Shown here: in pieces, positions 9,518 through 19,555 of the stretch | Position numbering within the stretch: position 1 is the first letter of the stretch | Layout of the letters: every line of letters starts with the position of its first letter | NCBI GenBank assembly: GCA_011526375.1 | Contig: WTIT01000151.1 | Coordinates: 42,130-106,129, forward strand | Reading direction: 5' to 3' | Source of the DNA: Methanobacteriota archaeon | GTDB taxonomy: Archaea > Thermoplasmatota > Poseidoniia > Poseidoniales > Poseidoniaceae | Length of the DNA: 64,000 bases | Notes under the pieces: model-generated | Seen by the model: only the letters and a program-made list of their open reading frames with translations | The model's database searches: none | What the model was told of the DNA's origin: nothing | Translations under genes and position numbers: made by a program

Positions 9518-9569
9518 GTATACCGCAACGAGGCGTGAGGTTTGAATTATGCGTTTCCTTCGCCTGTGC

Positions 9570-9995
9570 ATGGACGGGGATGTAATTATCATCGAATCCC
9601 CGGAAAATTTAGACCATCAGGCATTATTAGATTCGCTGAACTTAGAAGGCTGCGGAGCCGTGGTTTCATTTTTAGGTATCACTAGAGGACTAGACAATGG
9701 CAAAGAAATCTATCGTTTAGAATTTGATGCTTGGCAGGATAAGTTAGGACAAGTATTAGACAATTTAGCCAATAAAGCAATTTCTCGTTTTGGGGTTAGA
9801 AAAATTGCCATGTCTCATCGAACAGGTAGTGTTGAAGCTGGAGAGAATATTGTGTCAATTCACGTTGCAAGCCCCCACAGAAAGGAAGCATTCCGCGCTT
9901 GTGAATGGCTAATTGACGAATTGAAAGTGCAGGCACCTATATGGAAAAAAGAAGTCTCTGAAACTGGTGAATCTTGGAAGGCTGGATTGGGTTGA
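9570..9995 (+). CDS. moaE: Molybdopterin synthase catalytic subunit MoaE
   Basis: GAVVSFLGITRG and SHRTGSVEAGENIVSI are MoaE hallmarks. An internal Met start was chosen. Confidence 0.75.
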   Translation: MDGDVIIIESPENLDHQALLDSLNLEGCGAVVSFLGITRGLDNGKEIYRLEFDAWQDKLGQVLDNLANKAISRFGVRKIAMSHRTGSVEAGENIVSIHVASPHRKEAFRACEWLIDELKVQAPIWKKEVSETGESWKAGLG

Positions 9996-9999
9996 TATT

Positions 10000-10449
10000 A
10001 TGAAAAAAGAAATTGAAGGAATTGTAGACATTAGTGACAAGAAACTAGTCAAGAGAATTGCTACCGCTACGGGACAACTCGAATTGTCGCAACAATCTAT
10101 CGATGCTATCAAAGCAAATCAAGTGAAAAAGGGTAATGTCATCGAAGCATCGACCATCGCAGCAATTCAAGCGGTGAAAGAAACTCCGCGCATCATACCA
10201 CACTGCCACCCGATTCCTCTCGAAGGATGTGATGTCGAATGGGAAATTTCTGGTACAACTCTACACTGTACCGTTACTGTCACTGCAAATTACAAGACAG
10301 GTATCGAAATGGAGGCCATTACTGGAGTATGTGCTGGCCTTCTGTGCGCCCTTGACATGGTTAAGTCCTACGAAAAAGACCAACATGGTCAATATCCAAA
10401 TAGCGAAATTAGCCAGGTAAAAATAATCTCAAAGTACAAATCTGAGTAA
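10000..10449 (+). CDS. moaC: Cyclic pyranopterin monophosphate synthase MoaC
   Basis: ASTIAAIQAVKETPRIIPHCHPIPLEG and the GIEMEAITGVCAGLL motif. The start is at MKKEIEG, just after the moaE stop. Confidence 0.8.
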   Translation: MKKEIEGIVDISDKKLVKRIATATGQLELSQQSIDAIKANQVKKGNVIEASTIAAIQAVKETPRIIPHCHPIPLEGCDVEWEISGTTLHCTVTVTANYKTGIEMEAITGVCAGLLCALDMVKSYEKDQHGQYPNSEISQVKIISKYKSE

Positions 10450-10497
10450 TCGTTCCAAACCGCATTATTCATTGATTAGAGTCTGCCAACTAGACCC

Positions 10498-11454
10498 ATG
10501 GGCAGAGTCTCACAACTAGCAAATCACTTCTTGGATGCCGTCGATATGGCGGCAATTGCCAGCGCTAACTGGCGCGGTAAGGGAGACAAAATGGCTGCTG
10601 ATGCTGCAGCAGTAGAAGCGATGAGACTTACCTTCGATAATGTACCATTCGATGGTAGAGTCGCTATCGGTGAAGGAGAAAGAGATGAAGCCCCTATGTT
10701 GTACATTGGTGAGCAATTAGGCTGTGAAATCGGCAATCCAAACGTTCCGGCTATCGATATAGCAGTAGATCCCTTAGAATGTACCAACAATTGCGCGGAT
10801 GATTTACCTAATTCGATTGCAGTACTTGCAGCAGCACCTCGGGGCACCCTATTACATGCACCAGATTGTTACATGGACAAAATTGCAGCAGGCCCTGAGA
10901 TGGAAGGACATATCAGTTTAGATGGAGGAGTTGCTTACAACGTCGAACAGGTTGCATCTGTCCTTGACAAGCCTATTGAAGAGGTTCGAATAATTGCCTT
11001 GGACAGACCACGCCATCATGAATTATTCAAGGAAATCAAACAAATGGGGTCTCAGTTACACCTACTAGGCGATGGGGATATTTCAGCGGCTCTGTGGGCT
11101 GCACGCCCAGATGGTGACCATGACATGTTACTGGGAATAGGAGCTGCTCCAGAGGGAGTAATCACGGCAACCGCAATTCGTGGCATCGGTGGAGTTTTCG
11201 AGGGTAGGCTGGTATTCCGTTCTGACGAGGAAGAGGCACGTGCCGGAAATATGATCGATGACGACCTGACACGCTTGTGGGATGCTAAGGACTTATGCCA
11301 ATCTGAAGATGCGATATTTGTTGCATCCGGTGTTTGCGACGGTTATCTACCTGGAGTCGTGCACAATAATGACGGTTCAATAGCAACATATGCGGAAATG
11401 ATCGATGTTGAAAAACGAGAATTAACCAGGCACGATCGAGTACATAGATTGTGA
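10498..11454 (+). CDS. glpX: Fructose-1,6-bisphosphatase class II (GlpX)
   Basis: The N-terminus GKGDKMAADAAAVEAMR...VAIGEGERDEAPMLYIGEQLG closely parallels E. coli GlpX. Confidence 0.85.
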   Translation: MGRVSQLANHFLDAVDMAAIASANWRGKGDKMAADAAAVEAMRLTFDNVPFDGRVAIGEGERDEAPMLYIGEQLGCEIGNPNVPAIDIAVDPLECTNNCADDLPNSIAVLAAAPRGTLLHAPDCYMDKIAAGPEMEGHISLDGGVAYNVEQVASVLDKPIEEVRIIALDRPRHHELFKEIKQMGSQLHLLGDGDISAALWAARPDGDHDMLLGIGAAPEGVITATAIRGIGGVFEGRLVFRSDEEEARAGNMIDDDLTRLWDAKDLCQSEDAIFVASGVCDGYLPGVVHNNDGSIATYAEMIDVEKRELTRHDRVHRL

Positions 11455-11458
11455 TTAT

Positions 11459-12079
11459 ATGTCCCAAATTGTTAGAATTGAAGTGTGCTTACCTGAGGGG
11501 CACTGGGCAGGGGAAGCAACAAGAGCTCATTCTAATGCCGTGTTACAGATAATTGAGACAATGCCGCTTGGCAAAGGGAGAGGAACCGCACAAATTGCTT
11601 CAGAACAGAATTTACTTGATGATTTGCCTAATTTGCGCGGCATTGAACGGGTAGATAATCTGGGCAGTGGCAAAGCCAGTGTCACAATCGCCAGCGGGGG
11701 TGGCGGTTTCATCAAACCGTTGAGGACTGTTGGCGTCGTACCAAGAACCCCGTTTGATGTAATTGATGGTTGGGCAGATTGGACCATACAGTGTTCCTCT
11801 GAACAAGCCAAGAATCTAATCCAAGAAATACAGCAAAATGGCATACAAATGCGCTTAAAATCAACTCGTTCTAGCGAGCAAAAACTACTCACCAAAAGAC
11901 AAACAGAGGTTTTCGAATTAGCACTGCGAAGAGGATATTGGAAATCACCAAGAGAGACCACGCTAACCGAGTTATCTTTGGAATTAAAAGTCGCAAAGTC
12001 AACTCTTTCCGTAATGTTACATTCAATAGAAGGAAAAATTATCGAGAAGTATTCGCAAGAAATTTTCGCCCAATACTAA
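11459..12079 (+). CDS. Transcription regulator with C-terminal HTH_10 (bacterio-opsin activator-type) domain
   Basis: The C-terminal LTKRQTEVFELALRRGYWKSPRETTLTELSLELKVAKSTLSVMLHSIEGKI matches the HTH_10 pattern. Confidence 0.6.
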   Translation: MSQIVRIEVCLPEGHWAGEATRAHSNAVLQIIETMPLGKGRGTAQIASEQNLLDDLPNLRGIERVDNLGSGKASVTIASGGGGFIKPLRTVGVVPRTPFDVIDGWADWTIQCSSEQAKNLIQEIQQNGIQMRLKSTRSSEQKLLTKRQTEVFELALRRGYWKSPRETTLTELSLELKVAKSTLSVMLHSIEGKIIEKYSQEIFAQY

Positions 12080-12123
12080 CATGTTCGCAAAGACAATAAG
12101 GAAGACCCCTGCTTCGGGTTAAC

Positions 12124-13284
12124 ATGGACAATTTACCGAACACTTGGGAAGAATGGATTTCAAACTTTGGCGAATGGCAAAAGAGGGTTGGCTTTGACCC
12201 ATCTTGGCTAGGAGATTTCGAACTATCAGTATTATTTGACTGGGAAAGAGCTGGAGATGTCATTGAATTTGGCGATTATGAAGGCAGAGCAAAATGGGAA
12301 AGAGCACTTCAAGTACCTCATCAAAGCATGAGAGATGCACTAATCACCATGATCACCGTTCAAGGTGATACCGAATTCGCCTCCGTTGAACAGCAAAGAC
12401 ACCTATTGGCTTCTGCACCTACTGATTACGACCGATATGCAGCTGCCAGAATTATGGCTGAAGAGCAACGTCACGGTTGGCAAATGGCTTACCTCTTGAT
12501 GACTTACTTCGGACAACAGGGAAGAAGAGAGGCGCAAAAGTTGCTGGAAAGAAACGCCCAGGATGGCGACAGACTGTTGGGCGCATTTAATCGCCCAATG
12601 CCTCACTGGTTGGACTTTTTCTGCTACACAATGTTTGTTGACAGAGACGGTAAATTCCAGTTAGGTATGCTTTCCACTTCTGCATTCAAGCCACTAGCCG
12701 CCTCAATGGGGCCAATGCTCAAAGAAGAGTCATTCCACCTTGGAACTGGGTCAAATGGACTAAGAAGAATCATCAAAGCAGGCGTTATACCGTTAGACAT
12801 GCTTCAAAGATACATCAACAAGTGGGTTTCAACAGCACACGATTTGTTCGGAGTTGATGCCTCATCATCTGCTCATTGGGCGTATGTTTGGGGAATCAAA
12901 GGGCGCTGGGACGAGAGAAAGAAACTCGACGCAGGCATCGAAGTCAACAAAGAAGTACTCAATGAAGAATCAAGGGGACACTACCATGAAGAAATCGTTG
13001 GTGAAGTCAAGAAACTGTGCGGCTACCTTCCTGAAGGTGCAGCTGAATTGTATGTGCCTCACGAAAATTTCAATCGTGACATTGGTGCAACCAAAGGACA
13101 GAATTTCAATGTTGACGGTACTCCTTTCAAGGGAACCGATGAAGAATATGCCACTTACCTAACAACCGTTTTGCCAACTGCACAAGATGAAGTTGACTTG
13201 AAGGAACTGTTCGAACAAGAATGGATTGCTAACAAGCCAATGTCGACCAGACAAATTGAGTCTGGTATTGGCGCAACAGCATAA
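12124..13284 (+). CDS. Ferritin-like diiron oxygenase, BoxB/PaaA (aryl-CoA epoxidase) family
   Basis: Two ExxH motifs (AEEQRHG with E114/H117, and KEESFHLG with E202/H205) plus candidate ligands E84 and D173/175. The spacings (~30, ~60, ~29) match the six-ligand pattern I recall for BoxB/PaaA. Confidence 0.5.
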   Translation: MDNLPNTWEEWISNFGEWQKRVGFDPSWLGDFELSVLFDWERAGDVIEFGDYEGRAKWERALQVPHQSMRDALITMITVQGDTEFASVEQQRHLLASAPTDYDRYAAARIMAEEQRHGWQMAYLLMTYFGQQGRREAQKLLERNAQDGDRLLGAFNRPMPHWLDFFCYTMFVDRDGKFQLGMLSTSAFKPLAASMGPMLKEESFHLGTGSNGLRRIIKAGVIPLDMLQRYINKWVSTAHDLFGVDASSSAHWAYVWGIKGRWDERKKLDAGIEVNKEVLNEESRGHYHEEIVGEVKKLCGYLPEGAAELYVPHENFNRDIGATKGQNFNVDGTPFKGTDEEYATYLTTVLPTAQDEVDLKELFEQEWIANKPMSTRQIESGIGATA

Positions 13285-13297
13285 GGAAGGGTTCGTA

Positions 13298-13834
13298 ATG
13301 ATCCCAGTTTCCCTCTACGGCGTAGATGTCGATAGATGCGAAGAATTCTATGCAAAACTGCCAGGCTTGGTCGCTGATAGCATAGACGATGAAGAGTATT
13401 CAAAGGCCCTATTTGCTATCCAAGACAAGGCATCCATGGAACATGTCAGAGTTGCGGAGAATTGGTCTAAGCGACAACCATTTGCGTTTCCTGAAGAAGT
13501 TGCCAATGAAATTGAAATGATTATACGTACTGTTTCGTACCCAGATGTTGCTTTGCTCGAGCATCTTCTAACAATTGATGGAATAAACACTGAAAGAATC
13601 TCTGAATGGATGCATTTTTCGACCAACCTCTATCCAATTTACAGCGAGAAAGCATGTGATGCCTTGAACGAAATGGGCCTTGAAACCCCTTTCAAACTCG
13701 ACGATATGGCAAGTTATGGGTTGTATGTTTCCCGTATTGAAGGGCTCAAAATGTATGCTCCTGCCAAAGGTCTTCCAGAAATTGGACTTCCCCGATCTAG
13801 AATGCTCCAACTTGGTTTGGAGCGATTCGAATGA
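13298..13834 (+). CDS. Hypothetical protein, possibly an accessory partner of the diiron oxygenase
   Basis: The ORF overlaps the upstream stop. An AAGGAAGG Shine-Dalgarno-like sequence lies before the ATG. No motif was recognised. Confidence 0.35.
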   Translation: MIPVSLYGVDVDRCEEFYAKLPGLVADSIDDEEYSKALFAIQDKASMEHVRVAENWSKRQPFAFPEEVANEIEMIIRTVSYPDVALLEHLLTIDGINTERISEWMHFSTNLYPIYSEKACDALNEMGLETPFKLDDMASYGLYVSRIEGLKMYAPAKGLPEIGLPRSRMLQLGLERFE

Positions 13835-14775
13835 ACAATGTTGTAGTCCACTTCAAATTATTTCTAGTTGCAGTAATTTGGGGACTTGGCTGGCCTGCTG
13901 GCAGAGTTGTGGCCACCGATATCCTACCATTTATGGCGTCATGGCTTAGGTATGTAATCGCCACGGTAAGTTTCCTATTATTTTTGAAACTGTCAAAACA
14001 ATGGATGATTCCAACCAAATCTGAATGGTCAAGAATTTTCCTGATTGGATTCTTCTCAACCTGCGTATATCAGGCTTTTTTTATGTTTGGAATGCAATAT
14101 ACTGCCGCAGGAGACGCTTCATTGATGATAACCTTCAACCCGTTATTCACCGCTATTTTAGCAGTTATTTTTCTCAGTGAAAAAATGCATCTAAACCTCA
14201 TCATTGGTTTAATGATGGGCATGACAGGAGTTGGGATATTGTTCTATTATTCACCGAATGTCGACATACCAATAGCCGATCGCATTCTTGGAAATATCTT
14301 GATTGCTGGTGCAGCACTAGCATGGGCATGTAATACGATATTTATGAAACAAGCCATGACAACGAAAACAAGTGATTCTGCAAAACCCCTCAATCCACTT
14401 GAATTGACGGTGTGGTCATCTGCTGCTGGCCTAATCATTCTCACTCCAATCACCGCATTAGAAGCAGCTACTCAGGGAGTTGTATTGCCAACTATTGATG
14501 GATGGATTGGAATTATCTTCCTAGCATTGTTTTCTACGGTGATTGCCTATGTTTGGTTTGCCGACGGCATTATCAAGATTGGTGCCTCAATGAGTGCTTT
14601 GTATGTCTACTTAGTACCTCCATTTGGTATATTGGGTGGCTATCTACTGCTGCAAGAAAAGCTCGGAGTTTCATTGATTGTTGCGTTCTTACTAATCACT
14701 GGAGGGGTAATCATTGCTCAAAGAAAGAACTCGCTGACAAGCAACCATCATGAAGCATCATCTACTGGAGTGTAA
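13831..14775 (+). CDS. DMT superfamily permease (EamA-like, 10 TM)
   Basis: Two repeated EamA halves and a polytopic hydrophobic profile. Confidence 0.75.
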   Translation: MNNVVVHFKLFLVAVIWGLGWPAGRVVATDILPFMASWLRYVIATVSFLLFLKLSKQWMIPTKSEWSRIFLIGFFSTCVYQAFFMFGMQYTAAGDASLMITFNPLFTAILAVIFLSEKMHLNLIIGLMMGMTGVGILFYYSPNVDIPIADRILGNILIAGAALAWACNTIFMKQAMTTKTSDSAKPLNPLELTVWSSAAGLIILTPITALEAATQGVVLPTIDGWIGIIFLALFSTVIAYVWFADGIIKIGASMSALYVYLVPPFGILGGYLLLQEKLGVSLIVAFLLITGGVIIAQRKNSLTSNHHEASSTGV

Positions 14776-14776
14776 T

Positions 14777-15667
14777 ATGGGCATCGACAAAGTAGCAGTT
14801 ATCGGAGCAGGTACGATGGGGGCGGGAATTGCCCAAGTTTGTGCACAAGCAGGGTGGAATACAACCCTGTACGATGCTTTTCCAGAAGGTCTAGAAAAAG
14901 GAATGCAAAGAGTAGATGCTTTTTGGGACAAGGGTATTGCAAGAGGAAAAACAACTGTAGAGCAAAAACAAGAATGGTCGAAGAACCTTCATGCTGAATC
15001 AAACCTAGAAAATGCGGTCAAAGATTGTGACCTGATAATCGAAGCTGTCCCTGAAATCCTTGAGCTAAAGCAGCAAATATTCCAAGAAGTTGAGCAATAT
15101 GCAAACCAAAATGCCGTTTTTGCAACCAATACATCTAGCCTATCAATTGGTAAAATTGCTGGAGCGATTAATCGACCAGAACGATTAATCGGAATGCATT
15201 TCTTTAACCCTGTACCAATAATGAAATTGCTTGAATTAGTAAGGCATGACAAGACTAGCAACGAAACCGTAAATGTTGCTGAAGAAGCCGGTTTAGTCAT
15301 GCAAAAAACCACCATATTAGTCAATGATGTCCCGGGTTTTGCAACCTCTAGACTTGGTGTTGTGCTCGGTAATGAAGCGATTAGAATGTTGGCTGATGGT
15401 GTTGCAAGTGCGAAGGATATCGATACTGCAATGGTTCTTGGATACAAACATCCAATGGGACCATTGGCCCTAACCGATTTAGTTGGTCTCGATGTTCGTA
15501 GAGACATTTTGAGAAATTTACAAGATTCCTTTGACGATGATGCTTATGCACCACACCCGCTATTGGAAAAATTAGTCGAAAAAAATCGGCTTGGAAAAAA
15601 GACCGGCATGGGAATCTATGACTGGTCAAGCGGCCAAGCAGAGGAAACTGAAATGCCGGATTTTTAG
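14777..15667 (+). CDS. 3-hydroxyacyl-CoA (3-hydroxybutyryl-CoA) dehydrogenase
   Basis: Rossmann VAVIGAGTMGAGIAQV plus the conserved HFFNPVPIMKLLE and NDVPGF motifs. Confidence 0.85.
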   Translation: MGIDKVAVIGAGTMGAGIAQVCAQAGWNTTLYDAFPEGLEKGMQRVDAFWDKGIARGKTTVEQKQEWSKNLHAESNLENAVKDCDLIIEAVPEILELKQQIFQEVEQYANQNAVFATNTSSLSIGKIAGAINRPERLIGMHFFNPVPIMKLLELVRHDKTSNETVNVAEEAGLVMQKTTILVNDVPGFATSRLGVVLGNEAIRMLADGVASAKDIDTAMVLGYKHPMGPLALTDLVGLDVRRDILRNLQDSFDDDAYAPHPLLEKLVEKNRLGKKTGMGIYDWSSGQAEETEMPDF

Positions 15668-16446
15668 TCAAAATTGGGCTGTCGCTTTTCCAAAAAAGCG
15701 GCAACTCCCTCTTTGAAGGCATCAGTAGTTCCCGCTGCCTCAATCAATGTCCTCTCATGTTTCAAATGTGTTTCAAAGTCTTGATTCGTTTGCACGTCAA
15801 GCAGATGTTTCGTCGCTTCCTTAGTATGTGGGCCCCAAGAACTCCAAAGTTTAGCGACTTCTTTTGCTCTGTCAATTAACTCTGAATCCTCAACCAACTC
15901 ATCAATAACGCCATAGTTTAGGGATTCTTCCGCATTCCAGATACTATTTTCAAAGAAGAATCTCCTGCTAACCTGATTACCTACTAATCTAGGCAGTAAC
16001 CAGGTGGTGCCTCCATCTGGGGACAATCCCATACCAGAATATGATGCTGCCACTTTCGCACCAGATGAGCCAATCCTAACATCACAGGCAAGTGCAAGTC
16101 CCAAACCCCCACCGGCACATGCACCATTTATTGCTGCGACACAAATAGTTGGAGACTGGCGCATTTTGACGATTAATGGATGCAAAACCCCAGTCAAATC
16201 TCTGATTAATTTTGGAGCATCATCATTTTTGATAGATTCAGCAAAGGCATTGATATCCGCACCTGCAGAGAAAAATTTTCCTTCCCCAGTAATAACCACA
16301 GCCTTGACAGATGGATTCGAGAGAGTAGATTGTATCGCTTCAGCGATCTTTGGCAAAAATTCCATTGAAAATGATTGTGTGGCGGACTTACCAGCCATGG
16401 TTACCAAGGCTATTCCTTCTCCCAAATCTTCGATTGTTACTGCCAT
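15664..16446 (-). CDS. Enoyl-CoA hydratase/isomerase (crotonase family)
   Basis: FFSAGADI and INGACAGGGLGLALACDVRIG. Confidence 0.85.
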   Translation of the reverse strand: MAVTIEDLGEGIALVTMAGKSATQSFSMEFLPKIAEAIQSTLSNPSVKAVVITGEGKFFSAGADINAFAESIKNDDAPKLIRDLTGVLHPLIVKMRQSPTICVAAINGACAGGGLGLALACDVRIGSSGAKVAASYSGMGLSPDGGTTWLLPRLVGNQVSRRFFFENSIWNAEESLNYGVIDELVEDSELIDRAKEVAKLWSSWGPHTKEATKHLLDVQTNQDFETHLKHERTLIEAAGTTDAFKEGVAAFLEKRQPNFD

Positions 16447-16455
16447 ATATAGCCC

Positions 16456-17892
16456 TCAAAGTTTGACATTAACGTTCTTGACTTTAGTATAGAAATTCAA
16501 TGCATCTTTGCTTTGCTCGATACCGATTCCAGATTGTTTCCAACCGGTGAATGCGGTCTGTGGGAAGGTTATCGGATATTCATTGATTGAAACCATACCA
16601 GACTCAAGGTCTCTGGCTAGATTGTGAGCTCTACTGAGATTATTGGTCCAAATACCGTTGAGTAATCCGAAATCGGAATGGTTTGCCAAAGCAAGCGCTT
16701 CCTCATCAGTAGCAAATTTCGTGACTGACAACACTGGTCCAAACAACTCATCATAAAACAGTGGATTATCTTGGTCTACATCAGTTACTACGGTTGCTTC
16801 CATGAACGCTCCATCGCCTGACACAGCTTTGCCGCCACAGACAATTTGTCCTCCATGCTCTAGACCATTGGCTAGTTTTTCCAGTACTTCACTTCGATGT
16901 GTTTCGTGTACTAGACTACCTATCCTTACACCCTCAGACATACCGGGGCCCACTTTCCACTTGCCAACTTCTGCAACTACTGCGTCAACCAACTCATCGT
17001 GAATATCCTCATGAACAATCAGTCTAGAACCAGCCCAACACATTTGACCTGCATTCATAAATATTCCAAAGCAGATTGCTTTCGCGGCGTACTTTAGGTT
17101 TGCATCTGGGAATACAATATTGGCTCCTTTACCGCCAAGTTCCAAGGTTACCGGTGTAAGATTGTCGCTAGCCTTTGCCATCACTGTCTTGCCGGTTGGA
17201 ACTCCTCCGGTAAGTACGATGCCGTCCACTCCTTTGTGTCCGGCAAGTGCATCACCAATCAAACCACCGGATCCAGTTATTACCTGTAAAACTCCAGAAG
17301 GAAGGCCTACTTCGGCCTCATCAATTTTCTTCATCCATGCAATCAGAGACAATGGCGTCCACGATGCAGGTTTAGCAATGACTGTACAACCTGCAGCAAG
17401 GGCAGGAGCAATTGAGCGAAGTGCAAGTTGGAGCGGAAAATTCCACGGCACAATATGAGCTGTAACCCCTAGTGGCTGGCGTAATGTGTAGTTTAGTCTA
17501 TTACCCGGTACTGGGATTGTGCTTCCTTCTATTTTATCGGTCAATCCTGCAAAATACTCCAAGGTCCAAGCTCCATAGCGAATTTCAGATAATGCTTCGC
17601 GGAAGGTTTTCCCATTATTTTCGGATTCAATCTTTGCTAATTCTTTTGCCGCACCGTAGGTAACTGCAGCCATTTTATTCAATATTCGTCCGCGCTGAGC
17701 AGGGTCCATATTCTTCCACTCAGAATTTTGTAAAGCTGCTCTTGAGGCCTCAACACTTCGATTAACATCGTTTACAGTCGCCTTTGGAACAGTAGCAATA
17801 GAGTCTCCAGTCGCTGGATTAATCGCTTGACTAACATCTCCATTCTCAGAGTCTGTCCATTCGCCCGCAATATACATCTTTTCTGCGCTCAT
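16456..17892 (-). CDS. NAD(P)-dependent aldehyde dehydrogenase
   Basis: ALDH glutamate/cysteine active-site region LELGGKGANIVF and FMNAGQMCWAGSRL. Confidence 0.9.
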   Translation of the reverse strand: MSAEKMYIAGEWTDSENGDVSQAINPATGDSIATVPKATVNDVNRSVEASRAALQNSEWKNMDPAQRGRILNKMAAVTYGAAKELAKIESENNGKTFREALSEIRYGAWTLEYFAGLTDKIEGSTIPVPGNRLNYTLRQPLGVTAHIVPWNFPLQLALRSIAPALAAGCTVIAKPASWTPLSLIAWMKKIDEAEVGLPSGVLQVITGSGGLIGDALAGHKGVDGIVLTGGVPTGKTVMAKASDNLTPVTLELGGKGANIVFPDANLKYAAKAICFGIFMNAGQMCWAGSRLIVHEDIHDELVDAVVAEVGKWKVGPGMSEGVRIGSLVHETHRSEVLEKLANGLEHGGQIVCGGKAVSGDGAFMEATVVTDVDQDNPLFYDELFGPVLSVTKFATDEEALALANHSDFGLLNGIWTNNLSRAHNLARDLESGMVSINEYPITFPQTAFTGWKQSGIGIEQSKDALNFYTKVKNVNVKL

Positions 17893-17985
17893 AATACTCC
17901 GAATATGTTTCTCTTGAAAGGTGTTCGCTCACAATCTTTCACAATCAATTGCTCAAATTTCCTGTTTCAACTATGATAACTATAA

Positions 17986-18669
17986 TTGACAGAGTATCAT
18001 ACATCTGCCATGGCTCGAACAGTTGGTCTTGCTGAAACCACTGCCAAGACCATCGCAAATAGACCTCCACGGTTGCTAATTATTGCCGGAGCAACCGGTA
18101 CCGGCAAATCTACTGTAGCTATGAAAATCGGAGCAAAGAGCAACTTTGCCAGATTAATATCAACCGATGCGATAAGGGAGATTATGCGGTCAACGGATGG
18201 CACTCAGGCGAATCCCGCCCTTCATCGGTCTTCCTTTTCCATCGGTGAATCAAACGATGCTATAATCGACTGGGTCGATACTTGTAAAGCCGTAGAAAAA
18301 GGCATCGAAGCAACAATTAATCGTGCCATGAGAGAAGGTATCGATCTACTACTGGAGGGAGTTCATATTATTCCAAGCGACCGACTAATCCGTAGTTGGA
18401 TTGATGCAGGGGGTATCGCACTAGGCGTAATTATGATGGTGAGTGATGAAGAAAAGCACAAATCAATGATTAAATCTCGTGATGCCCATTCATTCAGAAG
18501 ACACGATAGATATATTGCAAATTTCGATAGAATTCGCAGAATTCAAGACGGTCTCGTCGAGCGATCAAAAATAGCATCCTGGCCAGTTGTGGATATTTCT
18601 AGAGTTGCGAGTGACCAAGAAAAAATTGAACATTATCTAGACCTTGCTTGGAATGAACGGCAAAATTAA
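17986..18669 (+). CDS. P-loop kinase, 2-phosphoglycerate kinase-like (COG2074-like)
   Basis: Walker A GATGTGKST followed by ISTDAIRE, resembling archaeal 2-phosphoglycerate kinase. Confidence 0.45.
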   Translation: MTEYHTSAMARTVGLAETTAKTIANRPPRLLIIAGATGTGKSTVAMKIGAKSNFARLISTDAIREIMRSTDGTQANPALHRSSFSIGESNDAIIDWVDTCKAVEKGIEATINRAMREGIDLLLEGVHIIPSDRLIRSWIDAGGIALGVIMMVSDEEKHKSMIKSRDAHSFRRHDRYIANFDRIRRIQDGLVERSKIASWPVVDISRVASDQEKIEHYLDLAWNERQN

Positions 18670-19103
18670 GCCGCTATGACAAAGGTAATCTCACTCTGTA
18701 ATGTCGAGGAATCATCAGTAACCCCTAACTCGAGCGATATTTCAATCGATGAAGTATCCAATTCAACAACTGTAATATTCAGCATCTTAACTTCAACACC
18801 TCTTATTTCGCCATGATGTAGCAGATCATCGTGCACACTCGACATGGCTAATTCAGCCGCATCGATTCTATCCATACCGTTGGTAACCCATATTTCCGTG
18901 CGATTTTCAGCTAAGGACGGGAGAATATCTACTACTTCTTTGGTGGTATCGATAACCGAATCTGCATTTGGCTCGTGGGCTGATGTTAATCCTGCTACCT
19001 TTACGCTAAATACTGCCATGGAGAGTAGTGAAAGTAGTAACACAACTCCTGTTGCTAGCAGCATTTGTGCTCGCTGATTGGCGACCATATCATTAGATTT
19101 CAT
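18666..19103 (-). CDS. Type IV pilin-like protein with class III signal peptide
   Basis: With the start at the internal Met that overlaps the upstream stop by 1 nt, the N-terminus is MKSNDMVANQRAQ followed by MLLATGVVLLLSLL. That is a basic residue, then A-Q, then a hydrophobic helix, as expected for an archaeal prepilin-peptidase substrate. Confidence 0.5.
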   Translation of the reverse strand: MKSNDMVANQRAQMLLATGVVLLLSLLSMAVFSVKVAGLTSAHEPNADSVIDTTKEVVDILPSLAENRTEIWVTNGMDRIDAAELAMSSVHDDLLHHGEIRGVEVKMLNITVVELDTSSIEISLELGVTDDSSTLQSEITFVIAA

Positions 19104-19504
19104 CAGGCACCGCCTCCGATATTCCATAACGTCAAACTGATGGTCCACAAATCATCTCCATCGGTTACCAATTGATGAACCGTGACCGTATCGCCAGAAG
19201 GAGTGCCAACTAAACCATAAGGACTTGAGGTAGCGCTATTTTTTGCCAACCAACAGTTTGCCTCTTTGCCGGCCATCAAGGCATCTTGTAGTAGAGTGCA
19301 TGCCCCGTCATAATCTGAGTCTGACAGTAATTCTGTAACCCTATTTTCACCTGAAATTTCAGCATCCAAGCCAAGTCCATACTGAAGTGCTGATTCACCT
19401 GCGACCTCTAGGCTAGAATCATGTGCAATCGACCTAGAATCTGGAACATCTATCCTGATTAGGAATGTTGCAGACATAAAAAATAGCCAAAATAATGTCA
19501 ACAT
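19103..19504 (-). CDS. Small N-terminally membrane-anchored protein (possible minor pilin)
   Basis: The hydrophobic N-terminus MLTLFWLFFMSATFLI is co-directional within the pilus operon. Confidence 0.3.
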   Translation of the reverse strand: MLTLFWLFFMSATFLIRIDVPDSRSIAHDSSLEVAGESALQYGLGLDAEISGENRVTELLSDSDYDGACTLLQDALMAGKEANCWLAKNSATSSPYGLVGTPSGDTVTVHQLVTDGDDLWTISLTLWNIGGGA

Positions 19505-19555
19505 CTCGAGGATGTGAATTTGGGCCTCCTCTTCGTTACGCAGGAAATCAACTCC

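Noticed and set aside
8264-9592. Long N-terminal extension (MIITSPSMHRRRKRII...) of the GGR-like oxidoreductase as in the track.
   Set aside because: It would overlap moaE on the opposite strand by ~45 nt and precedes the Rossmann GxGxxG. The internal Met at ~9517 was chosen instead.
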